A stretch of 64,000 nt of DNA from an uncultured Peptoniphilus sp. (GCA_902489255.1 CABTZF010000001.1:9032-73031), one strand, 5' to 3'; shown: positions 20,670 through 28,828, numbered from the stretch's first letter. A program made the numbers and translations. The notes: generated by a model not told the origin, from the letters alone.

Positions 20670-20926
20670 TTTTTTATTTTAATGTGGCTTACTTCATTTT
20701 ACAATCTTCCTAAAAAGATTAAATATAATTTTAAAAAATTCAAAAAATATCACCCTTAATATGATGTGGAAAAGTTAAAAGTTTAGTAATATAATATTAT
20801 AAAGGATAAAAAAGTATATTTACATATTTTCTCAAAAAGAAATTTTTGGAGGCGATTGCTATGTATTTTTTAATAGCGAAGAAGTTAGAATGTAAAAGTT
20901 TTTAATCTAAATAAAAGGAGGAAATT

Positions 20927-21688
20927 ATGTCAAAAAAGTTTTTAAGTATTTCAATGATTTTAGTCTTTGCTTTTTCACTATTTTCTTTAGGCGATAAGGT
21001 TTATGCAGGCATAAATGACTTTTATGGCTATGGTGATGAAGCGGGCGAAGTAGATTATAATGATGGATATGTAAGTGCAGAAGAAATGATTTCAAATCTT
21101 CCTTACAAAGATGTTGACAAGAATTCTTGGTATGCAATTTATGTTTACGAAGCATACTATGCTGGCATTATTAAGGGAAAATCAAAGGACACTTTTGATC
21201 CTACGGGAAAGGTTACTATGGCAGAGCTTGCCACTATTTCTGCAAAACTGCGAATAGAAAGAATGGTTTCTGCATCAGACATCGTAACAAAAAAGGGCGA
21301 TGTTTGGTATATGCCTTATGTTAGATATTGTTATGAAAATGGGGTTTACAACGACAAAAATGTAAAAAATGGCAAAAAAACTCTTGAAAATTGTCAAGAT
21401 TGGAATAGACCAGCCAAGAGAAGTGAAGTTGCAGGAATGCTTGCAAATTGTGACAATTTTTACAAAATGGGATTCATAAATCCTGATGTTCCAATGACAG
21501 ATATTAATGATATAGATAGCAATATGAAATTTTCAGAAGAAATTTTAACCCTATACAGGGCTGGAGTTGCTGTTGGCGATAAAAATATGAGATTTCATCC
21601 CAATGAAAAAGTTACAAGAGCTGAAGTGGCAGCTATGGTAACTAGAATTTTATACGACGATTATAAAATTGAATTGCCAAAGGGATAA
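20927..21688 (+). CDS. secreted SLH (S-layer homology) repeat protein
   Basis: Signal peptide MSKKFLSISMILVFAFSLFSLGDKVYA. SLH-like repeats (YKDVDKNSWYAIYVYEAYYAGIIKGKSKDTFDPTGKVTMAELA; a degenerate middle copy; TDINDIDSNMKFSEEILTLYRAGVAVGDKNMRFHPNEKVTRAEVAAMV). No other domain is apparent. Confidence 0.75.
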   Translation: MSKKFLSISMILVFAFSLFSLGDKVYAGINDFYGYGDEAGEVDYNDGYVSAEEMISNLPYKDVDKNSWYAIYVYEAYYAGIIKGKSKDTFDPTGKVTMAELATISAKLRIERMVSASDIVTKKGDVWYMPYVRYCYENGVYNDKNVKNGKKTLENCQDWNRPAKRSEVAGMLANCDNFYKMGFINPDVPMTDINDIDSNMKFSEEILTLYRAGVAVGDKNMRFHPNEKVTRAEVAAMVTRILYDDYKIELPKG

Positions 21689-21700
21689 TGAGGTCATGAT

Positions 21701-22447
21701 ATGAAAATTTTAAAAAAGAAAAATATAATTTCAAAATTAATGCTACTTACTTTAATTTTATCTTCTTTAATACTTTGTGGATTTAAAGTTCAACGACCTA
21801 TTAAAATTTATATTAACGGACACTTTGTAGAGTCAGACCAACCGCCAATTATTTGGGATAACAGAACTTTCGTCCCGGTTAGAGTAATTGCAGAAGACCT
21901 TGGCGCCAAAGTAGACTACAACAAGGAAGACATGACTGTGACCATAAGAAGGGATAAGACGGATATTTTACTTGCAATTGGCGATGACATGGCTTGGTTT
22001 TCAGATGAAGAGAAGGCAGGACCGGTTATGTTAGATGAGCCGGCCTTTTTGAAAAACAATAGAACCTATCTGCCGCTTAGGTCTATTTCAGAATTATTTG
22101 GAATGAATGTTGATTGGAATGGGGTGAAAAGGACTGTATACATCAACGATGAATTTTATCTTCCTGACTATATTAATGCAGATAATGCATTAGAAGAAGT
22201 CCTTGAGAGATTGAAGGAACTTGGAATTTTTAAAAATGAAAAAGTTTATTTTGAGGTAGATGACTATGAAATGAAGCTAGATGGCGGAAGTTATGAGGGC
22301 TATCTAGTTACAATTAGGAAGGACAACCCTATTGATGAGAATTTGACGGAAATGATGGGACAATACTTCATCAACAAGAAGGGGACCCTTCTTATGGAAT
22401 ATGATGTTGTTAAAGATAATTTTAAATTGTTAATTGGAGTTAATTAA
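21701..22447 (+). CDS. membrane-anchored copper amine oxidase N-terminal (stalk) domain protein
   Basis: N-terminal hydrophobic anchor. INGHFVESDQPPIIWDNRTFVPVRVIAEDLGAKVDYNKEDMTVTI and NRTYLPLRSISELFGMNVDWN match the Cu_amine_oxidN1 repeat pattern. The C-terminal 100 aa or so are unassigned. Confidence 0.7.
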   Translation: MKILKKKNIISKLMLLTLILSSLILCGFKVQRPIKIYINGHFVESDQPPIIWDNRTFVPVRVIAEDLGAKVDYNKEDMTVTIRRDKTDILLAIGDDMAWFSDEEKAGPVMLDEPAFLKNNRTYLPLRSISELFGMNVDWNGVKRTVYINDEFYLPDYINADNALEEVLERLKELGIFKNEKVYFEVDDYEMKLDGGSYEGYLVTIRKDNPIDENLTEMMGQYFINKKGTLLMEYDVVKDNFKLLIGVN

Positions 22448-22472
22448 AAGTTAAAGATATAAGGAGGAAATA

Positions 22473-23745
22473 ATGGGATTTATACAAGCTTTTATGGGTT
22501 CTTTAGGTGGAACACTAGCAGATCAATGGAAGGATTTTTATGGGCCAATGCCAGGAGTGCCTGCAACAGCAGCAGTCTTTCCTGGAATACCTATGGGAGT
22601 AAACAACAAGAGGGGAGCAAACTATAAGGGCAATGAAAATGTAATTACTAATGGCACAAAGGTAATAGTACCTGAAGGCACAGCCCTTATAACTATTCAA
22701 GATGGAGCCATTACAAATATTATTACTGAAGTTGGCGGTTATGAATATAACACAGAGGACCCCAACTCTAAATCAATATTTGCAGGCGACGGCTTTGTGG
22801 ACTCAATAGTTAAGTCCTCTTGGGAAAAATTCAAGTTTGGCGGCATACCTGCCACTAGCCAACTGCTTTTCTATGTGAACTTAAAGGAAATTCCAAACAA
22901 CAGGTTTGGCACACAGTCAGAAATTTATTGGGACGATGCCTTTTTTGGCACACAAGTTGGTGCCATAACTCGTGGCACTTACACCCTTAACATAATTGAC
23001 CCGATTTTATTTATAAAAAATTTTGTGCCAGTAAAATATTTAATTGCCGATGCAGAAGTTTTTGACTTATCCGACATGGATAATGACGCAGCAGAACAAT
23101 TATTTAACGAAGTTGTTGGAAGTCTTTCAGCTGCCTTTTCAAATTATACAAATGATCCGAGTAGGGGCAATCGAATGAGCAGAATCCAAGGCGACCAAAT
23201 TGGCTTTGCCCAAGCTCTCTCAGGCAGTGGAAGAAGGATATCAATGGAAGACATCAAGAGGACTTCAAATTGCAAAGACTGCAATACTTGCCATTGAATA
23301 TGACGAAGACACTAAAAAACTCATGTCCGATGTTAAAAAGGCAGATGCCCTTGCCGGCAGTCGAGGAAATTCATTTTTCCAACAAGCAGCAGCAAGAGGT
23401 ATTCAATCTGCCGGTGAAAATGGCGGCGGAGCAAATATGGCATTTATGGGTATGGGCATGAATGCAGCCGGAAATATGATGGGTGGAGTTAAACAACCGG
23501 ATACAGGAAATTCTTACCAAGCAAATTTTGGTGCGGGACAATTTAATCAAAACCAAGGATATGGTCAAGGTGGACAACAAAATCCAAATCCGAATCCTAA
23601 TCAAAATATAAACCAAAATCCAAGTCCAAGCCAAAGTCAAGAAGACCCTACAGAAAAATTAATAAAGATGAAAAAACTTCTTGATGCCGGAGTTATAACG
23701 GAAGAAGAATTTGCTAAAATTAAGTCTGATTTGCTAGGCATATAA
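22473..23745 (+). pseudogene. SPFH (Band 7, COG4260 / YdjI-like) protein with C-terminal SHOCT domain, interrupted by a +1 frame change
   Basis: ORFs 22473..23297 and 23200..23745 are consecutive parts of one protein: MGFIQAFMGSLGGTLADQWKDFY N-terminus, then ..SQAVEEGYQWKTSRGLQIAKTAILAIEYDEDTKKLM.., an N/P/Q-rich linker, and a SHOCT-like tail KLIKMKKLLDAGVITEEEFAKIKSDLLG. The frame switch lies between about 23190 and 23215. Confidence 0.7.
23581..23640 (+). repeat. degenerate hexanucleotide tandem repeat (10 units, consensus AATCCA) encoding an NP/NQ/SP/SQ linker
   Basis: aatcca aatccg aatcct aatcaa aatata aaccaa aatcca agtcca agccaa agtcaa, read directly from 23581-23640. Confidence 0.85.
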
Positions 23746-23756
23746 GAGGTGATCTT

Positions 23757-25286
23757 ATGAATGAAGACAATTCAAGAGAAAATGTCAAAATAATTGAAGG
23801 CGAAGAAAATTTAAAAGATGGTCAGGTAAAATGTCCAAAATGTGGCTCAACAGATATTGCCACTAATACAAAAACAGGCAAGCTTAGATGTAATTTTTGT
23901 AGGCATGAATTTGAATTGGCTCTTGCACCGGAAGATGAGGAAATCAGCACGTTACAGGGAACAACAATAAGAGCCGGTGCCAAAGACATAGATGAAGGAG
24001 CTAAAGATTTAATTACACTAAAATGCGAGAGCTGTGGTGCAGAAGTTGTCATTGATACGAGAACTACTACACACGCGAGATGCCACTGGTGCCGCAACAC
24101 CTTGTCTTTAAATAATCAGATTCCTAATGGTGCTGTGCCCGATGTAATTCTACCTTTCAAAGTTTCAAAGGAAGATGCAAAAAAAGAAATTGCAGGTTTT
24201 GTAAAGGCTAGAAAATTTTTTGCTCACCCAAGCTTTACAAGAGAATTTTCTACAGAAAATATTTGCGGAGTTTATATTCCCTATATGTTAGTTGATGTAA
24301 ATGCACACATGAGGCTTGAAGGCGAAGGAGAGATCGAAACAGCTTGTCGTGAAATAGAAGAAAATGGCAAAAAACATTATGAATATGATGCAGATGTATA
24401 TAATGTTGTGAGAGATTTTGACATATTTATAGATGACTTATCTATTGAATCTTCAAGCGACAAACTAGATTACTCATCAAAAAATAAAACTAACAATATA
24501 ATAAATTCTATTATGCCTTTTGATACAGAAAATTGCGTAAACTTCAATTCAAATTATTTGACAGGCTACACATCTGAAAAAAGGGACATTAATATAGATT
24601 ATATTCAAAAGGTAGTCCATGCACAAAGCTCTGATATGGCAAGATTTGAAGCAAAGAGGACAATAAAAAAATATGATAGGGGAGTAAGATGGAAGGTAGA
24701 AAATTTTGAGGTAAAGGGCGATTCTTGGAAGGCAGCTTATTTGCCGGTGTGGCTTTATAGCTATATGCAAACTAAGGGCAAGAAAAATTTGCTTCACTAT
24801 GTAGCAGTAAATGCCAGGACTCTGGAAACTATGGGTAGTGTGCCAATTAATTTTACAAAACTTTATTCCATTTCAATTTTAATTGAAATTTTTGGAGGAA
24901 TATTGGCATTTATAATAACAACCTTTGCTGCACTTGAAAAATATAATGGCACAGATTTTCAAGAATATAGTAATTACTCTTGGCTCTTATTACTTTCCGG
25001 ATTTGTATTTTTTGTAACTATGTATTTGCGATACAGAAATGCCAATGCTAGACATAATTACGAGTTTGAAACTAAACACGAGATTTCAAACCTTGTCTGT
25101 GAAGATGACTTTGTGAGAAGTATTTATTCAGTGAGAAACAGTCAAATTTGGGGAGATAATACAGATGAACTAAAGGGTAACAAACTCGACCTCAAAAAAG
25201 ATAAAGTGCTTAAAAAAGCTATGGATAAGGGAGCCTTAGATGAAGCAATTGAAAATCAACAAAAATTAGAAAAAAAAGACCAATAA
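23757..25286 (+). CDS. double zinc-ribbon membrane protein (TFIIB-type zinc ribbon, YdjG-like architecture)
   Basis: 509 aa. Two CxxC..CxxC ribbons (CPKCGS..CNFC; CESCGA..CHWC), a central domain of about 250 aa, two TM helices (LYSISILIEIFGGILAFIITTFAAL; YSWLLLLSGFVFFVTMYL) and a charged C-terminal tail. AGAGGTGA SD. Confidence 0.6.
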   Translation: MNEDNSRENVKIIEGEENLKDGQVKCPKCGSTDIATNTKTGKLRCNFCRHEFELALAPEDEEISTLQGTTIRAGAKDIDEGAKDLITLKCESCGAEVVIDTRTTTHARCHWCRNTLSLNNQIPNGAVPDVILPFKVSKEDAKKEIAGFVKARKFFAHPSFTREFSTENICGVYIPYMLVDVNAHMRLEGEGEIETACREIEENGKKHYEYDADVYNVVRDFDIFIDDLSIESSSDKLDYSSKNKTNNIINSIMPFDTENCVNFNSNYLTGYTSEKRDINIDYIQKVVHAQSSDMARFEAKRTIKKYDRGVRWKVENFEVKGDSWKAAYLPVWLYSYMQTKGKKNLLHYVAVNARTLETMGSVPINFTKLYSISILIEIFGGILAFIITTFAALEKYNGTDFQEYSNYSWLLLLSGFVFFVTMYLRYRNANARHNYEFETKHEISNLVCEDDFVRSIYSVRNSQIWGDNTDELKGNKLDLKKDKVLKKAMDKGALDEAIENQQKLEKKDQ

Positions 25287-25303
25287 AATTTTGGAGCTTT
25301 ACT

Positions 25304-25899
25304 ATGAAAAAATCTAAAATTAAAATTATTTCTTTATTCTTGGCAGTTATTTTAATGTCAATAAGCTTAGGAGCATGCGCAAAAAAAATGCAGGCACAGA
25401 AGAAGCTGCCAAAGAAGAAGTCAAGACAGAGGAAGCAAGTGAAAAGGAAGAAGAAATAACTTCAGACCAAAGTCTTTTTGAAATTGCAGGAAATAAATTT
25501 GAATTAATTGCAAGTAATCTAATGGAAGACTCCGATGGCGATACAGACCTTGTAAACACATGGAAATTTACAAATAATACCAAAGAGGCAAGATCAGCTG
25601 CCTTAAATGTCTATATAACCTTTATGCAAAAGTACCAAGAACTGGACACACCGGGATCAATTTTCATCAAAGAAGGGTCTACAGACCAATTAAGTGACTA
25701 CGCCTTTGAAAATGTAGAGCCCGGACAAAGTGGAGTTTTCTTCACATCCTATAAATTGAAGGACAAAGAAAGTCCGGTTACAATTAAAATCTCTGACATA
25801 GATGGAGCAGATGAAAGTAAAATAGAAGTGTCAATTGCAGATATGGAAACTGTCACAGTTGACGCCTTAGTTTACCTCAATAGTTATTTAGCTAAATAA
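25304..25899 (+). pseudogene. lipoprotein gene split by a frameshift in an A8 tract just after the lipobox Cys
   Basis: ATG 25304 encodes MKKSKIKIISLFLAVILMSISLGAC (signal peptide plus LGAC lipobox). After the A8 run (25381-25388) this frame stops at about 25462. The mature part (ORF 25375..25899, acidic linker plus a beta-rich domain) is in the adjacent frame and would be joined by A9. Confidence 0.7.
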
Positions 25900-25970
25900 A
25901 AATTATTTTCATTATTAATAGTAATAAATATAAATATTATTATATTACAATATTTTTATTTCTACCTAAA

Positions 25971-26010
25971 CCCCTTTATTGGAAAATTTCTAATAGAGGG
26001 GATTTTTTTT
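25971..26010 (+). terminator. rho-independent terminator ending the envelope operon
   Basis: CCCCTTTATT (25971-25980) pairs with AATAGAGGGG (25992-26001) with one mismatch, followed by a T8 run (26003-26010). Confidence 0.7.
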
Positions 26011-26410
26011 GCTTTATGAAAATATTGGGGAGACTCCTTAATTAGAGTCTCTTTCATTATGAAAAAATTAACATTTATACGCTAATAGGATATCAAATTA
26101 AAATGACAAAAAAACTACTAAAAACAAGAATAGGAAATTATACCTTTAGAGGATTTGCATTTTTTTCTATTTCAATAATTACTACTTACAAGCAAACAAA
26201 ATCCAACTGAAGAGAATGCCTTTAGACAATTAATATTAAGCCGATGGTTCAAACAATCAATTAGGTGTATGCCTATGGAAAAATTGACCTATGAAATTTT
26301 ACTATTAATAAAAAAAATTAAAATGGTTATTTACATTAAAAAATATTAAATTTGAAATAAAAAAACTATGGTATAATATAGATGATAATTAGTATCAACC
26401 GGAGGATCAA

Positions 26411-27019
26411 ATGTTCAAGTGTTTTTTTGAAAATTTTAAAAAGCCAAAAGACAATTTTGGCGGCAGATTTATGTTAAAGAGTATGAATAAAGGGCATGAA
26501 AAATTAGCAAGGTGGGGAAGGTCTTACTTAAATATTGATAAAGATTATACTGTCCTAGATTTGGGCTGCGGTGGTGGACGAAACATTGAATATTTTTTAA
26601 CTAAAGCTGATAAAGTTTATGGAATTGACCACTCAGAGGCAAGTGTAAAAATGGCGAGTGAAATAAATAAAAAAGCAATAAAGTCCTGTAGGTGTCAAAT
26701 ATTAGTGGGAGATGTGAAGAACCTTCCATTTGAAGATGAATCCATAGATATTGTTACAGCTTTTGAAACTATTTACTTTTGGACTGAAATAGAAAAGTGC
26801 TTTAAAGAAATTTATCGAGCCTTAAAAAAAGGCGGACAGTTTTTAATATGCAATGAAGTATCGTCTAAGGAAAGAAAAGATGTAAAAAAATTAGCGGATA
26901 TTATAGATATGGAAGTATACACACCTGAGGACTTGACAAAAATGCTTACAGAAGTTGGTTTTAAATCCCAATACCATTTAGACAGAAAAAAACAAATGGT
27001 AGTTATTGCTAAAAAATAG
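26411..27019 (+). CDS. class I SAM-dependent methyltransferase
   Basis: 202 aa. Motif I VLDLGCGGGRN, acidic loop GIDHS, post-I/II pattern VGDVKNLPFEDESIDIV, and LKKGGQFLI. Confidence 0.8.
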   Translation: MFKCFFENFKKPKDNFGGRFMLKSMNKGHEKLARWGRSYLNIDKDYTVLDLGCGGGRNIEYFLTKADKVYGIDHSEASVKMASEINKKAIKSCRCQILVGDVKNLPFEDESIDIVTAFETIYFWTEIEKCFKEIYRALKKGGQFLICNEVSSKERKDVKKLADIIDMEVYTPEDLTKMLTEVGFKSQYHLDRKKQMVVIAKK

Positions 27020-27047
27020 ATGTGATAAAGAAAGGCAAGGGATAAAA

Positions 27048-27157
27048 ATGAAATATCACAGCTTTTATTTCAATTTATTTAAGCATCCTAAAAAAAAGTT
27101 TTACTGGAAAAATACGAAGATAACTATGCCAGAGAAATAATAAAAAAAGAAAAATAA
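27048..27157 (+). pseudogene. N-terminal remnant of a paralog of the 28829..29455 gene
   Basis: MKYHSFYFNLFKHPKKK, then after a shift in the A8 tract 27090-27097, VLLEKYEDNYAREIIKKEK. This parallels MKYKCFYFLFFKRPMKKVLMEKYDKAYASEIIRKSEK of the downstream gene. It stops after about 36 codons. Confidence 0.6.
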
Positions 27158-27225
27158 TTAATCGAAAATTAATGGTAAATCAAATTTATAATTGATTTCA
27201 TCTAAGAGAAAGAAGGTGTTTAACT

Positions 27226-27864
27226 GTGGCTTTATACAAAAGTATATTAATAGGTCTTATGGGTTCATTTTTGATGTTTTTGGGAGACATGACCTTATAT
27301 TATGATTCAAATGATTACGATGGTAAGGATACTATAAATAATATTATTGGCATAATGAAAAGTGTCAGCATAAAAAGATTATACACTGGTGGTCTTTTAG
27401 GTCCAATATGTGCCTTTATATATTGTATAGGATTTTATCATATTGTTTTGGGCATACAAGAAAAGTATTTAAGCGTTGCTTGGTTTGTCTTTTTATTGAA
27501 TGTTTTTGGCATGATATTAGGGGGCGCTTATCACATTCAATGCGCCTACTTAGGTCTTTTATCAAGATACGAAAACAAAGGAGCTTTTGATGAATTTTTA
27601 AAATTTTTAAAATTTCAAGCAAAAATAGTTTTTGGAATTATGGCTTCAGCAAATATAGCAATAACATTGATAATTTTATTTGGACTTACAATATTTCCAA
27701 GATGGCAAGCCTTATTTACACCTATATTTCTTTTAATTTTTACTCCTCTTGCTGAGAGATTGCCAAAGGGAATCCATATGCTTATTCGCGGAGGTTGGTT
27801 TAACCTAATATATTTTATTTACTACTTATCTTTATTGATAAATTATACTAATATGAATTTGTAA
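27226..27864 (+). CDS. hypothetical polytopic membrane protein
   Basis: 212 aa with about 6 predicted TM helices. GTG start after an AGAAGGTG SD. No motif that I can assign confidently. Confidence 0.55.
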   Translation: MALYKSILIGLMGSFLMFLGDMTLYYDSNDYDGKDTINNIIGIMKSVSIKRLYTGGLLGPICAFIYCIGFYHIVLGIQEKYLSVAWFVFLLNVFGMILGGAYHIQCAYLGLLSRYENKGAFDEFLKFLKFQAKIVFGIMASANIAITLIILFGLTIFPRWQALFTPIFLLIFTPLAERLPKGIHMLIRGGWFNLIYFIYYLSLLINYTNMNL

Positions 27865-27946
27865 GATTATAAGGCTAGAGATTAAAATTATTATTTTAGT
27901 AGACAAAGGGAATTTTATAAAATTAATTATTTAAAGGAGAAAAATT

Positions 27947-28774
27947 ATGAAACAATTAGATTTTATTGATGACAATAAAACAAAAGCTGACTACAAGAAC
28001 TGGGTTCCTGAAAGTTTGTTAAGGAATTTAATACTTGCAAGCCTTATGGCTTTCGTTCTATTTATAGTGCTTGGCCTCAGTGATTTTGTATTTAGTGGAA
28101 GAACTCGTCTAATATGTGCCCTTATTCTTGGGCTTGCAACGTTGATACTTATTTTCTTTGCAAGCTGGATGAGATTTTTATATAGGGCTTTTGATTACAA
28201 CGGGAAAAGAAAGCTTGCCAAAGTCATAATAGAGGGGACTGCCGACTATGTAAAGATCCCAGATGGTGGCGTGGGACTTGACATCGGATGTGGCAGCGGT
28301 GCACTTACCATAGCTTGTGCTAAGAAAAATCCAAAGGCGACTATGGTAGGTTGTGACATATGGAGCGGTTCATATAAAAGTGAATTTTCTAAAAAAGTCT
28401 GTGAAAATAATGCAAAATTAGAGGGACTAGAAAATGTGAGATTTGAAGAGGGCAATGCTGTAAAACTTCCCTTTAGGGATGAGAGTTTTGATGCAGTGAC
28501 AAGCAATTATGTTTATCACAATATTGCAGGGCAAAATAAACAGAAACTTTTACTGGAAACATTTCGTGTACTTAAAAAAGGTGGAGTTTTTGTTATTCAT
28601 GATTTGATGAGTGGGTCAAGATATGGAGATATGAATAAATTCATTGAAAAGCTGAAAAAAGAGGGCTACCAAGATGTGCAATTAATTGATACAACAAGGG
28701 GTCTTTTTATGGGTCACAAAGAAGCCTTATTGTTGGGGCTTCATGGCTCAACTATTCTTATTGGAAGAAAATAA
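27947..28774 (+). CDS. membrane-anchored class I SAM-dependent methyltransferase
   Basis: 275 aa. Two N-terminal TM helices, then GLDIGCGSGALT motif I, VKLPFRDESFDAV and LKKGGVFVIHD. Confidence 0.8.
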   Translation: MKQLDFIDDNKTKADYKNWVPESLLRNLILASLMAFVLFIVLGLSDFVFSGRTRLICALILGLATLILIFFASWMRFLYRAFDYNGKRKLAKVIIEGTADYVKIPDGGVGLDIGCGSGALTIACAKKNPKATMVGCDIWSGSYKSEFSKKVCENNAKLEGLENVRFEEGNAVKLPFRDESFDAVTSNYVYHNIAGQNKQKLLLETFRVLKKGGVFVIHDLMSGSRYGDMNKFIEKLKKEGYQDVQLIDTTRGLFMGHKEALLLGLHGSTILIGRK

Positions 28775-28828
28775 TATTTTATATAAACTACTATAAAATA
28801 TTTTATAAAATTGATTGGGGGGTGCTAG

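Larger units (their letters stand above)
20130..20700 (-). mobile_element. internally deleted IS30-family insertion sequence remnant (about 571 bp)
   Basis: Imperfect terminal inverted repeats: 20130-20155 versus the reverse complement of 20675-20700 match 19/26, with core AAGT(T/A)AGCCAC. They enclose the transposase fragments. Confidence 0.6.

Noticed and set aside
20529-20759. 76-aa + strand ORF, and the 20925..21155 minus-strand ORF, near the IS remnant and the SLH gene start.
   Set aside because: The first is the antisense shadow of the IS30 transposase fragment plus AT-rich spacer. The second is antisense to the well-supported SLH gene. Neither has a motif or an SD.
26030-26051. Hairpin GAGACTC-CTTAATTA-GAGTCTC, and short ORFs (8-35 codons) in the 25900-26410 gap.
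   Set aside because: The stem is short and lacks a convincing T tail. The mini-ORFs lack SDs and recognisable sequences. This is probably relic DNA between the envelope operon and the methyltransferase gene.
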